From contig NW_026262701.1 of NCBI RefSeq assembly GCF_021869535.1, positions 28,086,001 to 28,150,000 on the forward strand: a DNA stretch of 64,000 bases, written 5' to 3'. The notes beneath the pieces are model-generated. The model was not told the origin of the DNA. It did not search any database and saw only the letters and a list, made by a program, of their open reading frames with translations. The stretch comes from Mytilus californianus (taxonomy: Eukaryota). This document shows, in pieces, positions 24,599 through 36,830 of the stretch. A program made the position numbers and the translations under genes. The first letter of the stretch is position 1; each line of letters opens with the position of its first letter.

Positions 24599-25015
24599 TG
24601 ATCGACATGAAACAATGATAAAAGGACACAAATATTAAATCTATTTGTTGAATAGGATTGGAGAATAGCAAATTTTGACATTTAACATAAATCCAGTGAT
24701 CGGTACATTTTTTTGAAAGTTTTTTTTGTGCCAGTATTTCAACAAAAATTAACATACAGGTATAATATGCCGTTTAAAATTCATTCCTAAATCAAAATTT
24801 TAGTTCAAAAATGAACTTTGTCTAAAAATTCACAAATTTTCCAAAGGATCTTTTCGTGCTGGGATTTCAACAAAAATAATTATATATATATATATATAGG
24901 ACTCGGAGATGCGATGGGGACGCTGAAGTGCGATGGTCACGCTGAAGTGCGATGGTCACGCTGAAGTGCGATGGTCTTCGCCGAAGTGCGATGATCCTTT
25001 TACAGATGTTTAATT
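24599..25015 (+). repeat. ~415-bp dispersed repeat A, copy 1 (ends in a 19-bp tandem cassette)
   Basis: Near-identical to 33504-33905; GCTGAAGTGCGATGGTCAC units. Confidence 0.9.
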
Positions 25016-25022
25016 ATTCCAA

Positions 25023-26790
25023 TTGTGGTAGAAAAACAAATAATTGAAATGTGCGAATCATGACATTTGGACATTCTTCTTATTTTTCAGTTTGAATAAT
25101 CCTTTTGAGCACTTCAACATTATTTATAATTAAATATCAAAAGAAAATCACAGTTATCATTGAACAATTTCAAACGGAACAATTTAAATTGGATAGAAGT
25201 GAAAATGAAGATGAAATATCAACAGATGAAACATCAGATGTAATATTTAGCAGATAGTAATATTTTTACAGAATATTTATTGGCTGTGGTGATGATTGTT
25301 GTGGGTATGATAGAAATAATCAGAAAATTTAGACAAAGACTTCAAAATTTACTTGACCGCCTAGAAAACCCTGCTGTACAACAAGATGATCAACCACAGG
25401 CAGCTCAGGACCAACCCATGACTCCATTACTTGCTCATAATCAACAAATTCCCCCTTCAGAGTCAACCAATACCAGCTGTCAATGTAATGCCACTACAGA
25501 AAAGGTCGTTTGGAATTTGATGCGACTGTCATACAAAAGAGAGGTTTAGCTAGCTATAAAACCAGGTTCAAACCACCATTTTCTACATAAGAAAATGTCT
25601 GTACCAAGTCAGGAATATGACAGTTGTTATTCATTCGTTTGATGTGTTTGAGCTTTTAGTTTTGTCATTTGATTAGGAACTTTCCTTTTTGAATTTTCCT
25701 CGGAGTTCAGTATTTTTTCTGATTTTACTTTTTTCTCAAAGACAAATAAAAACAGTTAAAAGACTAAACTTGTAGTCAAGATTTTTGTATGTGTAAATTT
25801 TGTATGTGAAGTTTGTTTATCAATCTTATTGATTCTTTTTGAGAGTTCCTTAATGTTTCAATATGCATGTTAAATATCTGGTTTTACCAAAACATATAAA
25901 ATCATTAAGTTTCAAAAGTTCCCATCCTTAAACAATTATTCATGTCAATTATTTTTTAAATATATTGTTTTATTTTTTAATGTAACTGATTTTTAAATGA
26001 TGATACCTTAGCATACTTAACATGTAAAGTTGAAGCTTAACTATCAATACATAAAAAAAACTTACCATTTCCCATTTTTATTCCACATATATTCGTGCCA
26101 GTTCTAAAAGAAAGTTTTCGCGGTCTTTTCTTTCATATTAAATTTGGGTATGTGTCGTGTTTTTACATAAATCAATTTTAAGTGACATGTGACACCTTCA
26201 GTCTCGACATAGGTTAACTACATGGACGGGTATTATAATTATGATAGATGGTGTTTATCAGTTCAAAGTTTTATATATTTATTTATAAAGTGAGTTCAAT
26301 ATATTATCTCTCAGGTCACATAGTTATTTTTCAATTAATTGATCTTTTTTTACATAGTGTTGAATATTTGATCATATGTATGTTTGTATATTGTTGATGT
26401 TGTTTTTTTATAGTCTATTTTACTTTATTTAGAAATTTAGAAAAAAAATGGAGGCAACTTATTTTATACTTGATATCAGTTCAAAGTTTAATATAATTAT
26501 ATTCATTTAAGTGAGCTCAATATATTTTCTCTAAGGCCACAAAGTTATTTTCAATTTGCTGATCTTTTTTACATGGTGTTAAAGATTTATTCATATGTAT
26601 GTATATTGTTGAGGTTGTTTTGTATAGTCTTTTTTTACATCATGTCATATTAAAGTGCCAAAATATAGTGTAAATACATTGTTGTATTCATTTCATAATA
26701 GCATTCACATAATTGTCCTTGACTGATGTATTTCTTTCAATCAAAACTATCTCACGTAACATATTTTTTTGAATGATATATCAGGTTATA
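25023..26790 (+). repeat. ~1.75-kb dispersed repeat B, copy 2
   Basis: See 10973-12730; has ~60 extra bp at ~25855-25920. Confidence 0.9.
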
Positions 26791-26794
26791 TGTT

Positions 26795-27225
26795 TTTTTA
26801 TATTGATGCATAAAAATATTTACAATGCGATAAAAAAAAACCGCAATATTTCGCTAGACAAACTATAGCTTCATCTAGCGTGCATCTATCCAGGTGAAAT
26901 CGGATGCAGATAAGAAACATTTGCAGCTCACTGTACATGAATTTTGCTGCCTTGTAAATAATTCAAAGTTTGGATGAAGTTCAAGATTATTTATTTAATT
27001 ACAAAATTTGTGGTTGAAGTTTGCAACGTTCATTGGCCAATATTACAGACATATAAAGGACGATGCTGTAAAATCGATTATTCTTTATCTTTCCTGTATC
27101 TTTTCCCGTCAGGCTTTTTCATTAAGCCCATCAGGTTCTAAAGTATAGATCTGGTGGATCCAAAAGTTTTCTCTTCTCCTTCTCGCCGTGGTGTCCCACT
27201 CAGTGTTCACTTCTATGATTTGGAA
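26795..27225 (-). mobile_element. PLE GIY-YIG endonuclease C-terminal remnant plus 3' region
   Basis: Manual translation of 27225->27109: FQIIEVNTEWDTTARRRRENFWIHQIYTLEPDGLNEKA*, homologous to RLARESFWIRKLRTVSPEGINEK at ~33000-33090. Confidence 0.75.
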
Positions 27226-27639
27226 CGTAAACTAAACTATTCCTCATTGATTCTTGGTGTTAAAAAAAACTTTTAAAAATTTCTTTTTTCTGCTAGTATT
27301 TCAGTAGGTATAGTGTCCGGCTGGGATCGTGTTTTATCGAGCGATTTGATCGAGTGTGACCACGTTTTTTTGAGTAAATATGATCAAAAATGTAACAGAC
27401 TTCCTTTCTGGTAAGACGTAAAACAAGATGCTAGAACCTTATATACAAGATCATAGAAGGTAAATTAGTATTTGTGATAACAAGATATTATCAACCATAC
27501 ATTATTTTGTTTTAAAAACGTTTAATTTAGCCTAACAATGCTTTATTCCAAAATATATATAGATTAAAGCCAGTTTTATACACATACCAATGCAAATGTA
27601 AACGGAAATGCATTCATGGAATCTATATATACTATTTTT

Positions 27640-28742
27640 CATTTCCTATCGTTAATTATCCATTTTTAGATGGTGACGTTCCCTTGTCACCATCTTACGG
27701 TGTTTATATATCTCAACTTGTACGATTCGCTCGTGTATGTAACAATGTTTTAGATTTTAACGAGAGAAATTTATGTATTACTGAAAAATTATTACACCAG
27801 GGTTTTCGATATCACAAACTAGTCAAAACATTTACTAAATTTTATCATCGGTATAAGGACATCATTCGTAAATATAGCTCAACATGCAGACTTCTTATAC
27901 GTTCAGGTATATCACATCCAATTTTTTATGGAAATATTCTTTATAAAGCACAAAAATGTCAGTATTCACCTCTGAAACTAACAAAACCTTTAAATAGACT
28001 TATCAAGAAGGGATATAGTTACGATACTGTTGTCAGGTCATTAAAGATTGCATATTTTGGCGTTAATATTGATTCACTTATAGGGTCTTTGCATCGGCAC
28101 TAAACACATTTATTTAAAAACCAGTTGTTGGCATGACACGGGTTATGTTCTTCTCATATATGTTATGATGGTATGATACTAAACCCCTAACGGGAAGGAT
28201 TGTGCCTGATATTCATATGATGAAGACATAATCTTTCAATCAGTTTAATTGAAGTCTGGAGCTGGCATGTCAGTTAACTGCTAGTAGTCTGTTGTTATTT
28301 ATGTATTATTGTCATTTTGTTTATTTTCTTTGGTTACATCTTCTGACATCAGACTCGGACTTCTCTTGAACTGAATTTTAATGTGCGTATTGTTATGCGT
28401 TTACTTTTCTACATTGGCTAGAGGTATAGGGGGAGGGTTGAGATCTCATAAACATGTTTAACCCCGCCGCATTTTTGCGCCTGTCCCAAGTCAGGAGCCT
28501 CTAGCCTTTGTTAGTCTTGTATTATTTTTAATTTTAGTTTCTTGTGTACAATTTGGAGTTTAGTATGGCGTTCATTATCACTGAACTAGTATATATATTT
28601 GTTTAGGGGCCAGCTGAAGGACGCCTCCGGGTGCGGGAATTTCTCGCTGCATTGAAGACCTGTTGGTGACCTTCTGCTGTTGTCTGTTCTATGGTCGGGT
28701 TGTTGTCTCTTTGACACATTCCCCATTTCCATTCTCAATTTT
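27640..28742 (+). mobile_element. 5'-truncated PLE: RT C-terminal (thumb) ORF plus ~640-nt 3' region
   Basis: FPIVNYPFLDGDVPLSPSYGVYISQLVRFAR..KLLHQGFRYHKLVKTFTKFY; open to the stop at 28103. Confidence 0.85.
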
Positions 28743-29239
28743 AAGATATACAGACACTTTAAAAAAAATCTTGTTTTTGTATTGAAAAGGACATTTTGGA
28801 GAGTAAATTCATTTTTACATGTCCGTGTTTTTTCGAATACCTCCTTGTTTTATCGAGTAAAAAAACATGTTTAATATGGCTTAAAATGTAATATGTCAGT
28901 GCATTTATGTTTAAAAAACAACGAAAAGATTCAAATAAAGTACTTTTCAAAGCACGAACCAATGCATTACACTAGTTTGATAAAGCTGTATTTTCACGTA
29001 CATTTCATAAAAAAGCATCGTTCAATTGTATTCAGAAATCTTCATGTTAGTGTACCGATATAGATTTCATACAGTAAATATTTCGTGATGTAAACAATCT
29101 TTATGTGAGCTCAGACATGTTGGATTGAGATGTACGTACACATAATGTGTAAAGCGGGTAAATGCGGTTTTTTTTAACAGAAAATACATCCTTAATGTTT
29201 CATTTACTATTTGTCTTGATGGTAATATGTTTTATCGTT

Positions 29240-32190
29240 TCAGAAAGGCAATAATTTATTTATTATGAATGGAAGGACAAAACAAGACAGTGAGGGTTAT
29301 CTGACATGCGGAAATGCAAGTGTCGTTGATTATTGCTTAAGTAATACATGTACACACTTTTTACATCACTTTGGTGATATTGAAATTTTACAATTTTCGA
29401 ATGTTTATTGTCCCTTCGAAATAATGGTTAAGTGTGAAGTAGCGCAAAACAAAACAAACCATAATCTAAATAAAAAACAGATACTATGAACAAATTAAAA
29501 ATATAAAAATGGGAAAATGGAAAGTTTGAGGTTTTTCAAGATAATATCAATATTGAACAAATTAATAGTATGTTATGAGAGTAAGACAATAACAATAAGA
29601 ATGATCAAACTTTATTGATATGATTACAAATAAAATAGCAGTAGTCTTCACTGAATTCGCAACAAAAACATTTTGAACAAAAAACATTAAATAGAAAAGT
29701 AATAATGTGAAGCCTAACGCAAATTTGCAAAATAAACCTTGGTTCAACAAAGAATGTAAAACGGCTAGGAGTGATTACTTACCGAAAATTCATACGCTCT
29801 AAAAGAAAGTCCGAAAATTTACGTAATCTTGTAAAAACGGCAGAAAGACACTATATAAAAAAGTTCTGAATAAAGCACAAAAGGGATACAGAAATGACCT
29901 TAGAAAAAAGTTGGATCAAATGAGAAGTGGCAGTCCAAAAGAGTTTTGGAAAGTTCTTAATGAGCGAGAAATTTCCAAACAACCAGATATTTGTTTTGAA
30001 GAATTGTTTTCTTTCTTTAAAGAATTAAACTCACACAAAGAAGATACCCATAATGACCCTACATTCCCAGTTACCGAAAATATATTCAATAACATAAATG
30101 AAGAACTCAATATGCCAATAAGTAGAGAAGAGATCATCAAATGTGTCCATAATTTAAAGAATATCAAGGCGTGTGCAGATGATAATATTATAAATGAATA
30201 TATAAAGGCCTCTATTGATAAATTCATTGACATTTTTGAAAAAAAATTCAAATTTGATATTTGAAACGGGGAAAATTCCAGAGTCATGGTTGATGGGGAC
30301 CATCAAACCATTCATTCTATAAAAATAAAGGCGATAAATATAATCCTAAAAACTATAGACCAATCACTATTGTTAGTTGCTTAGGAAAAATTTTCACTTT
30401 TAAATTAAATAACAGACTTAATAAATTATCAGAGCACTTTCTTCTAAGAAAAAAAAAATCAATGTGGATTTCGTGAAGGTTATTCTACTGTTGATTGTAT
30501 GTTTGCTCCATATTCATTTTTCGAAGTCCTAAAGTACAAGAAAAAGAAATTTTATTGTGCTTTTGTTGATTTTGAGAAAGCCTTTGATACTGTGAAACGA
30601 GAAGCTCTTTGGCATAAAATGCTTCTTAATAACATGAATTGGGAAAATATTTAAATGTATCTACAACATGTATCAAAATATAAAATATTGACTTAAACAT
30701 AACGGAAAGAAATCAGAATTATTTCCATGCGCTATAGGAGTCCGACAAGGTGAAAACCTATCTTCTGTTCTCTTTTCTTTATTTTCAAATGACCTGGAAG
30801 ATTTTCTGACCGCTGAAAATGTCACTGGCTTTAAAACATTAAGCAGTGACAAGGAGAACAGATTAGATATGTTGCTGAAGTTATTTGTTATTCTGTATGC
30901 AGATGACACTGTCATTATGGCTGAGTCAGCAACTGATCTATAAGACTCATTAACGAAATTTAGAAATTATTGTATTAAACGGAAATTAAGAGTCAATGTC
31001 GACAAAGTTATGGTTTTTTCACAAGGTCGGCTTCCAAGGAATATAAAGTTTCTTTACAATGATTTAAATATAGAAATCGTAAAGGATTTTTTATTATCTA
31101 GGTGTATATTTTTCAAGAACTGGAAATTTTAAGACTTGTAAATTACATCTTGCTGAAAAGGCTACCAAAGCCATGTATTCCTTATTGAAAAAAGGGCGTT
31201 ACCACAATCTTTCCGTTAAATGTCAAATGGACCTTTTTGGCAAATTTGTAAAACCGATTCTATTATATGGTTGTGAAATATGGGGATTTGGTAACAATGA
31301 TATTCTTGAAAAAATTCATCTGAAATTTTGTAAACTTATACTAGTCTTCAACACCTAACTCTTATGATTTATGGCGAGTTATGCAGATATCCATTGCATA
31401 TTGATATTAAAATACGAATGATTTTATATTGGACAAAATTGTTAAACGGGAAAGAGAAAAAAAATTGTGCTCAATTGTTTATAAATTAATTACTCAAATG
31501 ACACTTGAAACAAGTTTCCGATATGGCTAAAAAACATAGAAAACACTCTAAACGAATGCGGACTTTCCTTTGTATGGACATCTCAAACTTTTTATGATGT
31601 AAATTGGCTTAAGCAAATTGTTTAAACTACTTTAGAAGACCAATTTACTAAAACTTGGGTCTCAAGTGTAGAAACCTCTACAAAAACTCTGAATTACAGA
31701 CTGTTTCAAGAATCGTTAAAAACTGAAAAGTATTTCGATGTACTAAGCGACAAAGATATGTTTACATTCTGTAAATTTAGAATGGTAAATCATAAAATGC
31801 CAATAGAATGTGGGAGGTGGTTTGATATCCCAAAAGAATATCGGACCTGTCTTTTATGTGAAGATGGCGATATTGGTGATAAATACCATTATCTCCTCAA
31901 ATGCAACTTCTTTACAACAGAAAGAAAAGAATACTTAGAAGAAAAAAAAATCCACAAAAAATTGTAATATTCTTAAGTTCAGGGAATTTATGAATACAAC
32001 TAAACAATCTAAGCTTAGAAATTGTGTAAGTTTATTAGAGTTAAAAAAGATGAAGTGGATTCTCTCAATTAACCTTCTCCCTCCTCCCTTACATTTTAAG
32101 GTCCTCCATATAATATACACTGCACATTTTTAACATGTAAACATATTTATGTATCTCTATTGTATTGTTTATTTCCTCAACATATGTACC
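29240..32190 (+). mobile_element. Degenerate LINE ORF2 (APE C-terminus, RT, C-terminal Cys/His motif), RTE-X/Proto2-like
   Basis: NGRT..TC..SVVDY; NYRPIT..CLGKIF; AFVDFEKAFD; GVRQGENLS..LF; LYADDT; KPILLYGCEIWG; FR..NHKMPIE.GRW..R.C.LC..GD.YHYLLKC. Many stops and frameshifts. Confidence 0.9.
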
Positions 32191-32310
32191 TCTGTCCACG
32201 ATGTCACAGAAGCAAGGGTTTGAATCCCGCTAAAGGAAGAACAATAATTTGTTAACGCAAAGAAGATCTAACATTGTTGGGCTAAATTTGAGACGAATTA
32301 TATATATATT
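32190..32310 (+). mobile_element. tRNA-derived SINE, 5'-truncated
   Basis: B-box GGTTTGAATCC; body matches 32630-32750; (TA)n tail. Confidence 0.75.
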
Positions 32311-32576
32311 GTGGTGTTAGCCCTGTATAACCACGTGTTATCCGATGGAGAATGTCTGTCATAAAGTTGTCACATGTTTAGACGTGTATAATAAAATTAA
32401 AATTTGATGTAGCGGCATGGTAATTAACATTATCATTCTTTACGACAGACAAAATAGCTGATCTGAAAAGTACACCATCTACTTGCCACTGTACATCATG
32501 TACTGTGTTACAACCCTACAGATAAAGCCGACGAGGAAAGGCATTACATCGACCACCAAAAGCTATATGTTTATGT

Positions 32577-32750
32577 AGCCTAGGTGGTCGAGTGGTCTAG
32601 GGCACTGGACACGGTACAGGCAGTGTTGCCACAATGTCACAGAAGCAAGGGTTCGAATCCCGCTGAGGGAAGAACAAAAATTTGCTAACGCAAATTTGAT
32701 TATCTAACATTGTTGTACTAAATTTGAGACGAATTATATATATATATATA
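32577..32750 (+). mobile_element. tRNA-derived SINE, full head
   Basis: A-box TGGTCGAGTGG, B-box GGTTCGAATCC, unique body, (TA)n tail. Confidence 0.8.
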
Positions 32751-32769
32751 TAAAATGTCTGAATAATAG

Positions 32770-33330
32770 GCAACGATGTAACTTGCAAAACCCAGAATGT
32801 TGTATACCTTCGTCAGTGTCGATATGGCATGCAGTATGTTGGCGAGACAGAACAGCCATTCAATAAACGCATGAATGGTCATCAAAGTGACCTGCAAGCC
32901 CGACCTCCCCGTAAGTCGTCATTTAAGATCACCTGGGCACGCCCAAGCTGATCTCAAAAACCTTACCTTCACTATCATAGACCACAAAGAGGGTTGGTCA
33001 AGGGCCGACAGACTTGCTCGGGAAAGTTTTTGGATAAGAAAGTTAAGGACAGTTTCCCCAGAGGGCATTAATGAAAAAAACATAGAATGAGTCTCTTCCA
33101 TCACTTGTTTCCTGTAACTCAAGCTTAAGTACATGACTCTTACAGTTTTAAGGAATTTATTGCTCCTCCTAAAACATCAATATTGAAAAAAATTACCAGC
33201 GTATTGATTCGTGATAATTTGTATAACGATCAAGATTATCATTTCAGTTTGACTACCATATGTAAACAAGATAAAATTCATTTGACATCTAACTGATGAA
33301 GTATATTAGTTATCCGAAATATTAAACATT
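32770..33330 (+). mobile_element. PLE C-terminal GIY-YIG endonuclease remnant plus 3' region
   Basis: TCKTQNVVY..C..GMQYVGETEQPFNKRMNGH, then PVSRHL..H..RESFWIRKLRTVSPEGINEK; stop at 33090. Confidence 0.85.
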
Positions 33331-33384
33331 CATGATTTTATTTTTTTTTGGTGATGTTGTACCCTTTTAGACTTGCTTTATATA

Positions 33385-33503
33385 TATATAAGTACTCTAA
33401 ATATCAGCACAACAATATTAAATCTGCAAATTTGCTTTTGTTCTTCCCTCACCGGGATTCAAACTCATGCTATTGGGATATCGTGACAACACCGCCTGCA
33501 CTG
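33385..33503 (-). mobile_element. tRNA-derived SINE, same family, reverse orientation
   Basis: Reverse complement GAGTTTGAATCCCGGTGAGGGAAGAACAAAAG.. plus (TA)n. Confidence 0.65.
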
Positions 33504-33905
33504 TGATCGACATGAAACAATGATAAAAGGACACAAATATTAAATCTATTTGTTGAATAGGATTGGAGAATAGCACATTTTGACATTTAAACATAAATCC
33601 AGTGATCGGTACATTTTTTTGAAAGTTATCTTTTGTGCCAGTATTTCAACAAAAATTAACATACAGGTATAATATGCCATTTAAAATTCATTCCTAAATC
33701 AAAATTTTAGTTCAAATTGAACTTTGTCTAAAAATTCACAAATTTTCCAAAGGATCTTTTCGTGCTGGGATTTCAACAAAAATAATTATATATATATGTA
33801 GGACTCGGAGATGCGATGGGGACGCTGAAGTGCGATGGTCACGCTGAAGTGCGATGGTCTTCGCCGAAGTGCGATGATCCTTAAAGTTTCACAGATGTTT
33901 AATTA
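33504..33905 (+). repeat. Dispersed repeat A, copy 2
   Basis: Matches 24599-25015 with one fewer 19-bp unit. Confidence 0.9.
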
Positions 33906-34254
33906 TTATAAGATTTTGTTCTTTTATTAGTTAGTATAAACTAGTTAACACAAACCTTTAATATTTTCTCCTGTTGCAGTAAAAACTATCTTGTTCCTTG
34001 TTCTCATTCATAACAGCCGTATAAATTCTCCGCGTATTTTGTTCTGTTCTTACTAATCAAGTAGTATTTGCATTTCAAATAACTACTACGATTTTCAGTC
34101 ATTGCAATACGTACTGGTTTTAAAGGAAAATAAACTTTTATGTAGTGTTTATAGTGGTCAGTATCTGAACGATTGTATGAACTATAATAAATAATTGCTT
34201 TTTTTTTGTCAAGCTATTTACAAAGTACACTACAACGTTACAGTAAGGACGGAA

Positions 34255-34642
34255 AAGGCAATGAGTATGACCACCTAGGTCCTCTTCCGACCGACAGTAA
34301 AACCCTTGCCAAAGTGGGGCGTCCGTTTGGCTGTGCATGATGTACGAGTACGCAGTCACGTCCGGTCAGAATGGGGCGTGTAAAGAGAGTGCCACGCTCA
34401 CTGTACGTAAAGAACCCTTGCAACAACTCTTTGAGGGGTCCGTAGGTGGCCTGTTGCAAGGCAAAATTTCGGTTCTTATCCAATTTACCCTCATTTTTCA
34501 GTGGCAGTCTAAATTTCCCGACCTTCATACCAAACGTCCTCTGTTACAGGACCTACCAATTGGATTTATTGTTAATTTGTTCTAGTCCTGAACATGCATG
34601 AAATATTTTTGCCGCTGGACTTTAAACAACCAACAATCAATC
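34255..34642 (+). mobile_element. SINE family with CAATCAAT tail (possibly Deu/MD-domain type); other copies at 42005-42415(+), 44815-45015(-), 50765-51090(-)
   Basis: Shared TTTGGCTGTGC.GGA.GTA, GACGTTAAATCC, AAGAACCCTTGCAACAACTC and ..AACAACCAACAATCAATCA tail. Confidence 0.65.
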
Positions 34643-34649
34643 ATTTAAA

Positions 34650-34880
34650 ACTTTCTGTTTATTAATTAAAAAATTATAAAGAAAATAAGGTTTCAACTCT
34701 ATCAGGTAAAGTTGACCATAGATATACTTGGCAATTTTTTTAGGTCCTTTTGCTCATATAGCTCTTCAAATGTTTCGGTTCTTATACATCCTTGGCTGTC
34801 AAATATTCGGCTTTGAGCGTTCCGGATGAAGGTAAATTAAAAAAGCGCCTCTGACGCATGAACATTATAAAGTGTTGTTT
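34650..34880 (+). mobile_element. Retrozyme-like fragment (type 2) with degenerate hammerhead at ~34817-34857
   Basis: GCGTTC-CGGATGA-AGGTAAATTAA-AAAA-GCGC-CTC-TGACGC; homologous to 48130-48400. Confidence 0.55.
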
Positions 34881-35406
34881 TCATTTTTTTCATTAGATAC
34901 TCAGTTCTACTCAAATGTTATTGTCAATGGGAAAAAGTAAATGGTTGGATTAAGTGTGTGTGTTTTTTTGTTTTTGTATATTGTTGTTTTTTGGGGGGAG
35001 GGGGCTCTTTTAGTAGTATATTTTTGTTTATATTGAATTTTTCTAATTTTTTACTGTTATTCCTTAAGTTTTCTTGCTCCTATGTTTTTTCGCCACTGTA
35101 AAATATATCCCTGATAAAATACTATTGACTGTAAAAACAAAGGTAGCATGAAATAAAATTGAAAAGATTATGAGTCCCCTGTACTCGGTCCTAAAGACCG
35201 TTTTAAAAGGGCCTAGTGATTTCTTATATATCGTTATACTGCAAGGTTATTGTATGCACAATTTTCTATCATTTAAGATCGTGTGTCGTTTTCTGGATGT
35301 ATTTTTAGTTTGGTGTGTCGTAGAAAATTATATTGACCTATAAATGTGTTTTTTATGTGTTGTTGGGTTGTTTCCAATGAAATTATACCCCACATCTCCT
35401 TTTGTT

Positions 35407-35635
35407 CATATCGGATAGCAGTATCATTGACAATACCCTACATTACTTTGTTGATATCGGATAGCAGTATCATTGACAATACCCTACATTACTTTGTTGA
35501 TATCGGATAGCAGTATCATTGACAATACCCTACATTACTTTGTTGATATCGGATAGCAGTATCATTGACAATACCCTACATTACTTTGTTGATATCGGAT
35601 AGCAGTATCATTGACAATATCCTACATTCTCTTTG
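35407..35635. repeat. 46-bp tandem repeat, 5 near-identical units
   Basis: TCGGATAGCAG at 35411, 35457, 35503, 35549, 35595. Confidence 0.97.
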
Positions 35636-36830
35636 TTTGTAATTCAAGTCAAAACAAAAGAAGTTTTCAATATATTATTTTTATTTCATAATTGAGTTAC
35701 ACAGAGAATTCGTTGATAAGATTATAAAAGGATAAAAAAAATGGCATTGAAATGAGTATAAGATTCATCAATATATCAACAGTTTTTTTTTACATATGAA
35801 ATTATGTGCTGCAAATGAGAGACTCTCAGTACAGACACATTGAAGTGTTCACTTGAAAATCGCAGGTGAAAGTCCAAATTTTAAAAACATATAAATATCC
35901 AGTAGATATACATATATAGAAAAAATATCGTCGGGCATCCGTGTTAAAACTTGCGGAGGTGGACATTCTAAATTATTTCAACTTTATAAAATGCTCTCTT
36001 CTAGCGAAATACTTAAGAGAAAATAAGATAAAGGTCTTTATAAAAATTCTGATATTTATATATGGACTCTTAAGATCATGCCAGCTGTAACTAGTTACTC
36101 TAAGATACCAAACTTTTAACATTCTACAGTTACAATCAGATAGTGGAATAGCATTGTATACTTATTTCAAAGTACATTATAACATTTGGATTCCATGGAT
36201 ATTTAAATTATTTTTTTACATTCATCCAGAATTAACCTTTTCTACCATATATATATATATATATTAGAGGCCTCATGATTTAGGAGGGATGTGACAGGGG
36301 GCCAGGTCCTCCCTTAAGAAGCCTCATATATGGTTAATGAATGGAATTTTTCTTCAATCGGTGCCCCCTTTCAAAATCCTGGATCCGCACATGAATATGT
36401 GCCTTGCGTATATTCTAAATCTCACAACCTTTCGTTGATATGTAACTGTAACTGTATTAAAACACACTCAGCGTAAACATATATTGAACTGTAATTTATT
36501 CAGCTCTGATTGTGAATATACATATACCCTTTCTCTCTCACAACAATGTTTTTGTGTAATAAAAACTTACGTATAATCCCCATTGTAATGAGAACGACAT
36601 ACAAATATCCTTTGTCCGTATACTAAACTCTATATGGTTTTTGATTTTCGTGTCGTTTGATTGCTGTCTCAACGACCGTGTCCACATCTGCCGTTGATTA
36701 CATTAACAAGTACAGTCAAACTAAACAACAATAAATCCTGTTAATATACAGAACATCATAGTACTGTCCGCATACGTAAAATATACAATATAAATAGATA
36801 ATAAAAATAACAATTAATATGGAAAACTTT

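Noticed and set aside
32577-32670. tRNA-Ser/Leu gene
   Set aside because: A- and B-boxes are present, but I could not form an acceptor stem or anticodon arm; it continues into a body and (TA)n tail shared with two other copies, so it is a SINE.
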